Shown here piece by piece: positions 16,840 through 26,235 of a stretch of 64,000 nucleotides of DNA. Both the position numbers and the translations under genes were made by a program. The first letter of the stretch is position 1. Every line of letters begins with the position of its first letter. The notes beneath the pieces are model-generated. The model ran no database searches. It was given only the letters and a program-made list of their open reading frames with translations, and was not told the DNA's origin. Source of the stretch: a virus (taxonomy: Duplodnaviria > Heunggongvirae > Uroviricota > Caudoviricetes); the IMG/VR virus record IMGVR_UViG_3300042401_002002; one strand, 5' to 3'.

Positions 16840-16971
16840 TTATCTTTTGTAAATGTTTATATTATTAGTCCAATTTTCAACAGGACTTATAATACGTTCA
16901 CCTATTAACAAAATATAATCTAGTGAATTTATAAATTCATTATCCTCTTGGTAAATTACATCTAATTTCAT
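16840..16971 (-). CDS. MKL-family microprotein (43 aa)
   Basis: MKLDVIYQEDNEFINSLDYILLIGERIISPVENWTNNINIYKR. Confidence 0.82.
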   Translation of the reverse strand: MKLDVIYQEDNEFINSLDYILLIGERIISPVENWTNNINIYKR

Positions 16972-16973
16972 AA

Positions 16974-17711
16974 CTATTCACCAAATATAATAATTTGATT
17001 TAATTTAAGCAATAAATTATCAATATTTTTATCATGTTTATATTGGTTAGATAATCTATTGATAACATTTTCAGGTTCAGGATGAAATAAGAAACTATTC
17101 TTTGGTTTAGTTGCATAAAATTCATACATCTGTTCAAAATCTAAATTATTAACATAAAACTTAGAGTTCTTTAGATTTTTAAACTTAGATAATATTTCTA
17201 ATGCTTCATTAATATTATCTAAAGGTGACCTTTGTTCAAATGCATAAACACTGTCTAAGTTAACGTTATTCAAATTAACTATTTCTGAGTCAACTGTAAT
17301 ATGTGTAATATCTTTATGTTGTTTCGTATTAAACTCAATTGATTTAAATCTAAACAAATATAATACATTAAATTTATCAGACAAATCAATATCAATATCT
17401 AATACTGTTAAATTACTTGCTTCCTCTTCAGTAAATAAATTTAAAACAGAACCATTTTCAGTTAAATTAAAACCTTCAGTGCTATTACTTAGTAGTTGAG
17501 ATATTTTAATTCTATCAGGTATAGTTGAAATATCTAAAGGTTTTTTAATTTCTTTAGTTATATTTAAACTATCTAAATCAATTTTTTCATCTGAAATAAT
17601 AACTTCAGCACCACCTTCTTTAAGTTTGTCTATTAACTTATCGAATTTTTCTGGTGATAATTCGATTGAACCTTTTGGTAGGGGTGAAACTTGTTTTTCT
17701 TCTTGAGGCAT
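16974..17711 (-). CDS. Hypothetical protein
   Basis: ORF track, 245 aa. Confidence 0.7.
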   Translation of the reverse strand: MPQEEKQVSPLPKGSIELSPEKFDKLIDKLKEGGAEVIISDEKIDLDSLNITKEIKKPLDISTIPDRIKISQLLSNSTEGFNLTENGSVLNLFTEEEASNLTVLDIDIDLSDKFNVLYLFRFKSIEFNTKQHKDITHITVDSEIVNLNNVNLDSVYAFEQRSPLDNINEALEILSKFKNLKNSKFYVNNLDFEQMYEFYATKPKNSFLFHPEPENVINRLSNQYKHDKNIDNLLLKLNQIIIFGE

Positions 17712-17844
17712 AGTTATTTTGTTTTACAATGAGAATACAATATTAATAATTAAAAGTTAAAGAACAAAATAATTGTTAATATTTATGTTCTTTAACGTGA
17801 ATTGTTAAGAAAGGTTACGTAGTTATTGTAAATATTTCAAGTTT

Positions 17845-19128
17845 TTAATACAAAACTTTAAACGTATGTCCGCAAGGAGTTGGTTGGTTTAGTTTTATTG
17901 CTGTTGAGATTAATTTACCCATCCACTGAGCTTTAACATCATCTTTTTTGATTCGTTCAGCAATTTTAATTATTTCTAACTCTTCAAAGATAAATTCACC
18001 ATCTTTATAGACTTCATAACCTGTGATATAACCTTCTTTTTTAACAAACGTTGGTTCGTAGTTCCAGAAATAACCAAATGCTAATCTTTTATTTTGGATA
18101 GCACGAGAGATTGTTGATGTACTATTATCTTTTTGGTTTAATGTTCTGCAAGCTTCAGCTACTGTTTTGAAGTTACCTATTAGTTCACCTTTTCTATCAA
18201 ACTGATAAATAATGTTATGTTGATGTTTGTAAACTTTATTTTCTTCAATCTTTTCAAAATAATTGTTTACGTCTTCAATAGTTGAATCAATTTTAAAGAA
18301 ATGATATTTACCACCTTTAAATGGAAAATTAGGTTTCCAATGAATATTAGTATTAAACTGTTCATTAAATTCTTTTAATGTATCAAAATCACCAATTTTT
18401 TCACGTTCAGTGTTATACACAGATATTTTGTCATGATTCTGTTTATATTCATCACCGTGATATTCTAATCGAAAACCATCTTTAAATATTTTACCACTTT
18501 TTAAATGATGTGCTACAGATGCTGGTGTATATGTTATTCCTGTAAGGGTTAAATATTCAGTTACAAGATTTATATTTTTAAATGTTTGGATAAAATCATC
18601 ATTTTTATATAAATCAACTTTTGTTGACCTGTCTTTTGGTGGTTCGTGAAATATACCGTCATAAGACCACATGAAACCTTTGTAAGATTCGTGACATCTT
18701 TCAGCCTTATTGAATTGTCCCATTTTTCTACGACCTGTGTAATGAAGATGTGCTTCAACAGCATCATCCCAAATTTTAATTAAATTGCCTTCTAGGTCAA
18801 ATTGGTGAACTGGGATTTTTACATGAACTTTTGGATATTTAGGGTGGGAATAACATACTGTTTTAGCCATATTATAATAACCATAAATATCCATGTATTC
18901 TTGTTCATCTTTATTTCTGTTATCATGATTAGTTTCTTTTAAAATTTTAAATTCAAAATTTTCGCCACCATGTTTATTCCAACCGTTTTGTAATTTACTA
19001 CAAACATGTGTACCTTTTTTAAGCAATCTTTTGTGTTCCGAAAATCTTCTTTCAGTTTCAAAAGCTGAACCAATATACATGTTACCTGTTATTTTATTTA
19101 CTATCGCGTAAATATAAGCTTTCCTCAT
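17845..19128 (-). CDS. GIY-YIG homing endonuclease with NUMOD1-like repeats
   Basis: YIYAIVNKITGNMYIGSA...RRFSEH...LQNGWNKHG; C-terminal V.QFDL.G.LI..W/F...EA repeats; free-standing downstream of polB. Confidence 0.88.
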   Translation of the reverse strand: MRKAYIYAIVNKITGNMYIGSAFETERRFSEHKRLLKKGTHVCSKLQNGWNKHGGENFEFKILKETNHDNRNKDEQEYMDIYGYYNMAKTVCYSHPKYPKVHVKIPVHQFDLEGNLIKIWDDAVEAHLHYTGRRKMGQFNKAERCHESYKGFMWSYDGIFHEPPKDRSTKVDLYKNDDFIQTFKNINLVTEYLTLTGITYTPASVAHHLKSGKIFKDGFRLEYHGDEYKQNHDKISVYNTEREKIGDFDTLKEFNEQFNTNIHWKPNFPFKGGKYHFFKIDSTIEDVNNYFEKIEENKVYKHQHNIIYQFDRKGELIGNFKTVAEACRTLNQKDNSTSTISRAIQNKRLAFGYFWNYEPTFVKKEGYITGYEVYKDGEFIFEELEIIKIAERIKKDDVKAQWMGKLISTAIKLNQPTPCGHTFKVLY

Positions 19129-19187
19129 TTGTTTTATTTATGTTTAGTTGGACCAATACTATATTGGTCCGTTAATTAGTTTAGTTG

Positions 19188-22100
19188 TTATAGATTATCA
19201 ATAATTTGTTGGTATTTTACATATTGACCACCTTTGAAAACAGTAACCCAGTATTCATTACCAATCTTTAGAAAAACAATATCATCTTCTTTGTGTGATT
19301 GTTTTTCAATTTTAAGATTCATGTTGTGTTTTCTTAAAATATCTCTAGTCCTTTTATATAAATCGTAATAATTATCACGTTTATCATATTTTACATCACA
19401 AGTAAATTCCTCGAAAATAATAGATGGGTCTATTTGAAATCTATTCCATGCTTCCATTTCCCTGTTTTCCATTTTGAATAGAACTTTTGATTCTTCAACT
19501 TTCTTTTTACCCTTACCAGTAGTTTTTTGTTCTTTTACTACTTCAACTTTAGGTTCGGTTTCTTCAGTTTTGTATTCAAAAAGACTATCTATATCTTTCT
19601 TTTCGTAAGGATATGTTTCATAGGTCCAAGATGTTAATACCATTTCTTCATCTGTGAAATATTTACGATTATTTGGATTAAAACCCTTAGTTTTAACTTT
19701 TTTACCGTTACTATCAATGGTTGTAGTCGCTTCTTGTTTTAAAATTAGATTTTCACCAACATATTGTTTAAAACAAACTGTTAAAGGTTCGACTTTCTTA
19801 TTAAATGCGTCACAGTATAAATCTCTGTTGTATTTCACAATAGAATTTAGGTCATCTTTATCAATTAACTCACAATACATATTACCATCTTTGTCAACTT
19901 TATTATTTGCTTGTGCTGAACTATTTCCAGTGTTTACAAAGTAATAAATCTCACCTAAGTCAGGATGCGTTAAATCATTGTCAATAATTAATTCAAAGTG
20001 TGGTTGTTTTGACTTAACCGCACCATTTTTATTACCATGTATTGCAAAGTATGGTGTTATTACTGTTTGAATAAATGTATTAAAACCATCTTCTGACATT
20101 AAATCAAATGTGTTAATACATTTTTCATACCACTCTCCAAATGAATCATAATTTTCATAACTTTTTAATAAGTTAGCTAATTCCATTGGTACTTCTGAAT
20201 TAATATAATTATATTTCAGTAAGTTTTTAATTTTTTTATCAAAACTAGTACCTGGAATTTTATTGATATATTCAATTGGTTGGTGTTTAACTTCTAAAGG
20301 TAATAATAACTCAAGTTGGTTCTCAACTTTCTTTTTAGCTGCTTTAGGTTTTCTTCCAATCTTTTTTAAATAACCTTCATGTGATGTCTCATGAAATAAC
20401 ATTTTAATGAGGTTAGGTAAATGAACTTTTTGAATGTAACTTGTAACCTTCATTTTTATTTTAGTCTTACTAGCCACATCAATTGCTGGTATTTCATTGT
20501 AATAAATTTTGTTGAATGTGTTATAATAAAGTTCAACAAATTCTTTTGGTTCGTTTTTAATTAAATGTTTAATACCTGTATCTAAAAAATCTTCAATATA
20601 TTTTGGCATTGTCGAAGATTTAATTGAGTTACCAACCATTTTTAGTTTAGATTTTTTAGTCATAGTTTTTTTATCAAACTCAACTTCATAAGAAACATAA
20701 TTTTTACGAGCTAAGTTTAATGAGTTTAACCATTCACCATCATCATCAACAGTCATGAAGTCACAAAACATTAAATCATTGAATCTTGGTACAAAACAAT
20801 CTTCTCTTCTATATTCATTACCAAACCTATCTTTATAGTCGAAATAACCTGCATCAACAGGGTTTGGTAATTTATTGCCATCTAAATCATATTCAAAAAC
20901 ACTTGGTATTACACTATTAAGACCATCAGTATCACAAACTGCTGGTTGCATACCTAATTTATACATAAAATGTGTCATTTTTCTAAGATATTGTCTTCCT
21001 GAACACGTAATTCTTTCTGCAATATTTTTTGTATCAGACCAATAAAAGAAAATACTACCATTAGCACCAAAGTTACTATTGTTAAATATTTTTAGAGGTA
21101 ACTGTTTGGCTTTATATAAATTTCGCATTACAGGGTCTGGGTCTGTAACTGCTAGTTTTTTATATAAAGTTCTATTAGCACCCATAAATTTTAATAGTCT
21201 TCTAAGGATTCCAAGAACGTCAGTTTTGGGGAATAAATCATATTCTAGCTGCAAATTTGGGTATAAGCTTCCAAAATCTGCCTTCTTTATGAAACTTCCT
21301 TTACTATTTATCAAATTTCCAAGCATAAAAGTTGCTGAAATACCACCAACAAAATCATGTTTTTCTTTCTCTGGTTTAGGTATAGCTAACCTATTTTTGT
21401 AACTCCAATCAGTCATTAATAAGTTCCATGAAGAAGCACCACCAATTGAACAAGTTCTAGGGAATGATGTTGATAACCATTTTGATACCATGAAACTTGC
21501 TTCGTTATATATACTATCAATTTGAAAAGTTTCCCATAAGTCATCTAGTAAATATTGGTGTACTATTTCACTGCCTTTAATATAGTCAGTTTTATCTGGG
21601 TGTTCACTTTTAAAAGTGTCTAATAAAACACTACCATTTTCAACATCAACTTGTAAAATATCAGGTATTTTCACATACTCATTATTTTCTTTGTTAATTA
21701 AATACCAAAGATTTTCTTTATAGATTTTATAAATATCATTACCTTCAACATACATACGGTTAGGTTTGTTTGCTTTGTTGAATTTTGTAATATATTTAAG
21801 ACCTGTTGCTTTAATATCACTATTGATAGCTTTTGCACGTCTAACAGCATGTAATGTATCAATTACGTTGGTATAGAAAACACCTTCAATAGATAGACCA
21901 GTTTGTTCGTAATCTTCAGTCTCACCACCAAGTTTAATACTTGTTTTTGTTCTAGTAATAGTTAAAATCTTGCTTAAGTCAATATTTAGTATTTTTGCTC
22001 TAACAATAAAGAAGTTAAAGTCAAAGTTTTCACTATTGTAACCAAAAACAATACTTGGTTTTAATTCAACAATATAATTAAAGAAATCAATAATAATTTT

Positions 22101-22817
22101 TCTTTCGCTTTCATCATCATCTTCTTTCTCTACTGTTAAAACTTTATTAAAACCACGATTATCTGACATACCAACCATGAAAATTCTCTTTTCAGTAGCT
22201 AATAAACCAGTAGTTTCAATATCGAAACATAGTCTATGTACATCGTTGTAAAATTCAAAATCCTTAAACAATTTGATTCCTTTTTGAATCATAACTTGTT
22301 CGTTAGATTTGATATTAAAAAATAATTTAGTACCATCTTCATCTTTGGACCATAAACCTAACCCACCTTCTTTAAAGAAAGCAACAATATTATTATATGA
22401 TTTACTAGATTTAACTAACCATTTATAACCTTGGTCAAGTCTATCAACAACCTTACTTTCTTTATCAACTGTTCTTAAAGACTGAAATGTAATACCGTGT
22501 TTTTCCATAGCTTTATACTTCCAAGCCATGTCACCTTTATAAAACTTACTTTTGAAAGCTGAAATATCTTTCATCCATAAAAAAGGTTCGTATGTTATTT
22601 GTTCAACTTTTTTAACTCCATCAACATCTGAAACAACATAAGCTTTGTTGCTTGTTTCATCAGCTATAACATTTGTAACATGTATCGGTGAATTTACACC
22701 TTCTAAGAAGTCTGTTAGTTCTTTATCTTCTACTTTTGGTGATGAAGCTTGTTTTTTTTGCTCTTCTTTTATTTCCTCAGCCATATTATTACCTTTATTG
22801 AATCGTAAAAATGACAA
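19188..22817 (-). CDS. DNA polymerase family B (start probably MAEEIK at 22784)
   Basis: Exo I FDIETTG, Exo II GYNSENFD, motif A DFGSLYP, motif B KIFNNSNFG, motif C DTDG. Confidence 0.93.
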   Translation of the reverse strand: MSFLRFNKGNNMAEEIKEEQKKQASSPKVEDKELTDFLEGVNSPIHVTNVIADETSNKAYVVSDVDGVKKVEQITYEPFLWMKDISAFKSKFYKGDMAWKYKAMEKHGITFQSLRTVDKESKVVDRLDQGYKWLVKSSKSYNNIVAFFKEGGLGLWSKDEDGTKLFFNIKSNEQVMIQKGIKLFKDFEFYNDVHRLCFDIETTGLLATEKRIFMVGMSDNRGFNKVLTVEKEDDDESERKIIIDFFNYIVELKPSIVFGYNSENFDFNFFIVRAKILNIDLSKILTITRTKTSIKLGGETEDYEQTGLSIEGVFYTNVIDTLHAVRRAKAINSDIKATGLKYITKFNKANKPNRMYVEGNDIYKIYKENLWYLINKENNEYVKIPDILQVDVENGSVLLDTFKSEHPDKTDYIKGSEIVHQYLLDDLWETFQIDSIYNEASFMVSKWLSTSFPRTCSIGGASSWNLLMTDWSYKNRLAIPKPEKEKHDFVGGISATFMLGNLINSKGSFIKKADFGSLYPNLQLEYDLFPKTDVLGILRRLLKFMGANRTLYKKLAVTDPDPVMRNLYKAKQLPLKIFNNSNFGANGSIFFYWSDTKNIAERITCSGRQYLRKMTHFMYKLGMQPAVCDTDGLNSVIPSVFEYDLDGNKLPNPVDAGYFDYKDRFGNEYRREDCFVPRFNDLMFCDFMTVDDDGEWLNSLNLARKNYVSYEVEFDKKTMTKKSKLKMVGNSIKSSTMPKYIEDFLDTGIKHLIKNEPKEFVELYYNTFNKIYYNEIPAIDVASKTKIKMKVTSYIQKVHLPNLIKMLFHETSHEGYLKKIGRKPKAAKKKVENQLELLLPLEVKHQPIEYINKIPGTSFDKKIKNLLKYNYINSEVPMELANLLKSYENYDSFGEWYEKCINTFDLMSEDGFNTFIQTVITPYFAIHGNKNGAVKSKQPHFELIIDNDLTHPDLGEIYYFVNTGNSSAQANNKVDKDGNMYCELIDKDDLNSIVKYNRDLYCDAFNKKVEPLTVCFKQYVGENLILKQEATTTIDSNGKKVKTKGFNPNNRKYFTDEEMVLTSWTYETYPYEKKDIDSLFEYKTEETEPKVEVVKEQKTTGKGKKKVEESKVLFKMENREMEAWNRFQIDPSIIFEEFTCDVKYDKRDNYYDLYKRTRDILRKHNMNLKIEKQSHKEDDIVFLKIGNEYWVTVFKGGQYVKYQQIIDNL

Positions 22818-22867
22818 TAAAAAATGTAAAAAACAACTAAATGAGTTAAATTATTTTTATATAAAAC

Positions 22868-22902
22868 AAAAAACTCTTTTAATTAATTTTAAAAGAGTTT
22901 TT
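22868..22902 (-). terminator. Intrinsic terminator
   Basis: AAAAACTCTTTT...AAAAGAGTTTTT hairpin. Confidence 0.65.
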
Positions 22903-22934
22903 ATTACATGTATAATATTACTTTTTAATATTGT

Positions 22935-23819
22935 CTAAGACCAACCATCAAAATTACTGACAATACAATCAATAATTGTATTCACATCTACATCAAAACT
23001 GTAAGCAGATATACCATAATAAGGTGAACAATCAGTTACTGTAACTACAGGGTCACCGCAACCTAATATTTGAGTTTTGCTTGATAGATTTAGTATGTGT
23101 GTTGGGTTAGGGTCACTAGTGATAATAGTTTCATATTTTATTTCAGTTGTTAAATTATTATTACATATATTTACACTATTGTCAGCAATTTGGTCATTTA
23201 ATGTTTCAGTTGTAATACTAAACGCAATATTTTTAATACTGAATGTATTGTTTGAGTTTGTTTGAATACCTGTTATGATTGATATGTTATTTTGATATTC
23301 CGGTTTAATATTATTTGTTATATTGTTTAATATATATGTATCAATTTCAGTTTTACTATTGAAAATTAAATTTTTACCTGTATAAACTGAATATTGTTTG
23401 TTGTTTATAAATACATTTAAACCATTAAAATATAAGTTATAAATCAATGATGATTCAACACAATTAATTAAACTATTGTTTGTTGTATTATCAATTAAGT
23501 TAACTAAATAACGTTTTGTTTTGATTAAATTTTGTGGTAAATAATTAATTAAATATTTTATGTTATTATGTTTAGTTCCATCTAAACAATTTGGTTCTGT
23601 ACCGGATATATCTGATACAAAGTTAACTTTTAGAATATTGTCTGGATTGGTTGATTGGTTGTAATTTGTGTCGCTATCACCTAAACTAAAATAACTAGCT
23701 TTCATACCAGTTTTTCTACCTTTTAAACCACCGTTTAAATAACCTTTACCTTTATCAGTCCAATAAACTAATAAATCAATATCACATATATCTGAGTTAG
23801 TATCTTTAATGTATCCCAT
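22935..23819 (-). CDS. Putative virion structural protein
   Basis: N-terminal T..G..YL.G...F.LGDSDTNY motif shared with its neighbour, resembling tail-collar fibre N-termini. Confidence 0.6.
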   Translation of the reverse strand: MGYIKDTNSDICDIDLLVYWTDKGKGYLNGGLKGRKTGMKASYFSLGDSDTNYNQSTNPDNILKVNFVSDISGTEPNCLDGTKHNNIKYLINYLPQNLIKTKRYLVNLIDNTTNNSLINCVESSLIYNLYFNGLNVFINNKQYSVYTGKNLIFNSKTEIDTYILNNITNNIKPEYQNNISIITGIQTNSNNTFSIKNIAFSITTETLNDQIADNSVNICNNNLTTEIKYETIITSDPNPTHILNLSSKTQILGCGDPVVTVTDCSPYYGISAYSFDVDVNTIIDCIVSNFDGWS

Positions 23820-23823
23820 ATTG

Positions 23824-25230
23824 TTATTTTAATATTGTGGTTTGGTTAGTGTCAGTTACATTGTATTCAATAGTATAAATATCTCCAGGTTCCACTGATT
23901 GTGATTCAATATCTATATATCTGCCATTAGGTATTGAAATTAAATTTTCATATTCAACAACTATTATATCATAATTATTATCAGGTAATGTATGATATAC
24001 ATTATTTTTATAAAAATCAGGAAATATATACTGACTTGTTAGTTTAGTTGACCCAAATTCTATTTCTACTGCTGTATTGTTATATAATTGTGTTTTATTA
24101 ATGACAATACCTTTTGTTGAAAAATCTTTGTTTCCAGGTATGTAAGATGTATTTAAATTATCTATTTCAATATCGGTTAATTGTGTATTGTAATAATCTG
24201 CTGAGTTTACTATATATATGTTTTTAATTATATCACCATACCATATACCACCAATTCTTCTAGCACCAATACCTAATTTAAAAATATAACCCATTATACT
24301 ACCATTTAATATTTTAGGGGTTATTGGGTCAAATGTAAATTTTTTATTTAAAATACTTGTTTTTATTGAGTTACCATAAAAATTAACACTACCTGTAGAT
24401 TTAGCTGATATTGGTGTTAAATTTAAATTATTTACAATATTTTGATATGTATCATTTAAATATTTATTTATTTTATTGTTGTTATCATTGAATGTTTTAC
24501 TATTAAAAATTTCAGGTAAATAGTTTAACGTAACTTTTGGATAAATAAAAGGAAATTGTAATGGTGGTGTAGTTTTAATTATGTTTTGTTTTACTCTACC
24601 GCTACTGTAATACGTAATTGTACCATTCGTATCAGCTATTGATTGACCATTGGTGTTTAAATAATTTAAAGCTAAATTATCAGCTTCTAATTGAGATACA
24701 GTACTAGTTTTGTAACCATAAGGTAATGACACTGTATAATCATCAATAGAGGTTCTTTGATACTGTAAATCTGGTGATGAACCATCATCATACGGTAGAT
24801 TTGCTGTTATTTTAGGTGTAAATATTTTAGAAACAGGGTTTGAATAATAAACAAAACCACATTGTGTACTATTTAATGTTTCAATTGTTTGAACAGTACC
24901 ATCAGGATTTTGATATTTTTGAATTAATGTATTGTCTACAGTACAGTATGATGAAATTAACACACCTTTTGGGTCTTTATTGATAATGTAATTAATGTTT
25001 AGTCCTGATGATAAGCTACTATTACATTCATTATATTCACCACTTAATGCAGGTATGAAATTTCTAGTCAATATATTTCCATTCGTTGTTAGTTGATAGT
25101 TCGTGTCACTATCACCAACAACAAAATGTGTTATTGTTATGTCTTGTTCAGAACCATTAAGATATAAATTTTTACCTTTTTGAGTTAAAAAACAAGTTAG
25201 TTCGATATTTGAATCTTTAATGTATGCCAT
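23824..25230 (-). CDS. Putative virion structural protein with a DUF5977-like segment
   Basis: LTQKGK...FVVGDSDTNY N-terminus; TSTVSQLEADNLA...NGQSIADTNGT segment. Confidence 0.6.
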   Translation of the reverse strand: MAYIKDSNIELTCFLTQKGKNLYLNGSEQDITITHFVVGDSDTNYQLTTNGNILTRNFIPALSGEYNECNSSLSSGLNINYIINKDPKGVLISSYCTVDNTLIQKYQNPDGTVQTIETLNSTQCGFVYYSNPVSKIFTPKITANLPYDDGSSPDLQYQRTSIDDYTVSLPYGYKTSTVSQLEADNLALNYLNTNGQSIADTNGTITYYSSGRVKQNIIKTTPPLQFPFIYPKVTLNYLPEIFNSKTFNDNNNKINKYLNDTYQNIVNNLNLTPISAKSTGSVNFYGNSIKTSILNKKFTFDPITPKILNGSIMGYIFKLGIGARRIGGIWYGDIIKNIYIVNSADYYNTQLTDIEIDNLNTSYIPGNKDFSTKGIVINKTQLYNNTAVEIEFGSTKLTSQYIFPDFYKNNVYHTLPDNNYDIIVVEYENLISIPNGRYIDIESQSVEPGDIYTIEYNVTDTNQTTILK

Positions 25231-25267
25231 ACAAATTTAAATAGTGATGAAAATAATTTTAGGATTA

Positions 25268-25294
25268 TTGAAACCTTTTATTTAGTTTTACGTT
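25268..25294 (+). promoter_or_regulatory. ECF-sigma-like promoter
   Basis: TTGAAACCTTTTATTTAGTTTTACGTT. Confidence 0.65.
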
Positions 25295-25318
25295 AGAATA
25301 GTTAAACTAATAATTAAT

Positions 25319-25801
25319 ATGGAAAATAGTATTAAAGAAATCAGTAATTTCTTAAAACCAAGTACTACTTATTTAATGCCTTGCGGAAATTTATTTGAAT
25401 CGGATTATATTAGTACAAGAAGTATGTTGTTTAAAATAACTTCTAAGTGTGATGAACTGTTAGAAACATGCTCAATAGGTAATCTTGATGATTGGTTAAT
25501 AAATGATTCAGGTTTGAAAAAATGTGGAAATAGTGTGTATCAATTAACGGTTAATAAATTGTCGGATTATATTTTATATAGAACCGTAAATAAAAGACCT
25601 TTAACTATAAAAGCTGGGGATAAGTTTTTGTTCCCTGAATTTAAACCATTTATAAAAACTATCTATGAATTTGATAAAAACCCTTGGAATAAAAGTATTA
25701 TAGACGGTTTTTGTACTTACGATGGTTCATATTCGTTACATAGAGCTTTTAAATCATATAGTAATTGTATAAATTATATTATCTTACAACCTGAAATATA
25801 A
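25319..25801 (+). CDS. Hypothetical protein
   Basis: ORF track, 160 aa. Confidence 0.7.
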   Translation: MENSIKEISNFLKPSTTYLMPCGNLFESDYISTRSMLFKITSKCDELLETCSIGNLDDWLINDSGLKKCGNSVYQLTVNKLSDYILYRTVNKRPLTIKAGDKFLFPEFKPFIKTIYEFDKNPWNKSIIDGFCTYDGSYSLHRAFKSYSNCINYIILQPEI

Positions 25802-25813
25802 ATGTTAATTAAT

Positions 25814-25936
25814 ATGGAAAATTACTCAAAACTTAGATTAGAAACGTATCAACAAGCTGTTAAAGATGGTAAAGTGAATGATTCACCTTTAGCATGGCAC
25901 ATTTGGAAAAGAAACTTTAATATAAATCAGAAATAA
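25814..25936 (+). CDS. Small hypothetical protein (40 aa)
   Basis: MENYSKLRLETYQQAVKDGKVNDSPLAWHIWKRNFNINQK; TAATG overlap with the next gene. Confidence 0.55.
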   Translation: MENYSKLRLETYQQAVKDGKVNDSPLAWHIWKRNFNINQK

Positions 25937-26235
25937 TGAATAAATTAAGAAGATTTTTGAACATTCCTAGTAAACAACAAATGTCTTTAATAGAAAAAGA
26001 TATTTTGTTTGTTAAGGAATTAGCTGAAAAAGAAAATAAAAAACGTTGGTCGGATGATTATGATAACGTACAAAAATTAAACAGTACATGCCCAGTTTGT
26101 AGAAAAACTGATGTTGTTAATAAAATTGCTGAAACTAAAGGTAATAAATATTCAACATATACTGAACCTGTTAATCATTGTAATTCTTGCGGAAATCAGT
26201 GGGTTAAATGTTCTAAAAACCATATAAATCATTAA
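25936..26235 (+). CDS. Zinc-ribbon protein, probably truncated by the TnpB element
   Basis: CPVC...CNSC; ends at the element boundary. Confidence 0.65.
   Translation: MNKLRRFLNIPSKQQMSLIEKDILFVKELAEKENKKRWSDDYDNVQKLNSTCPVCRKTDVVNKIAETKGNKYSTYTEPVNHCNSCGNQWVKCSKNHINH

Larger units (their letters stand above)
15828..16971 (-). repeat. Microprotein array 4: 8 mini-genes, five consecutive spacings of exactly 128 bp
   Basis: ATGs at 16971, 16742, 16614, 16486, 16358, 16230, 16102, 15968. Confidence 0.95.

Noticed and set aside
19950-20450. Intein in the Lys-rich insertion of the DNA polymerase
   Set aside because: No Cys/Ser start with His-Asn end and no LAGLIDADG motifs.
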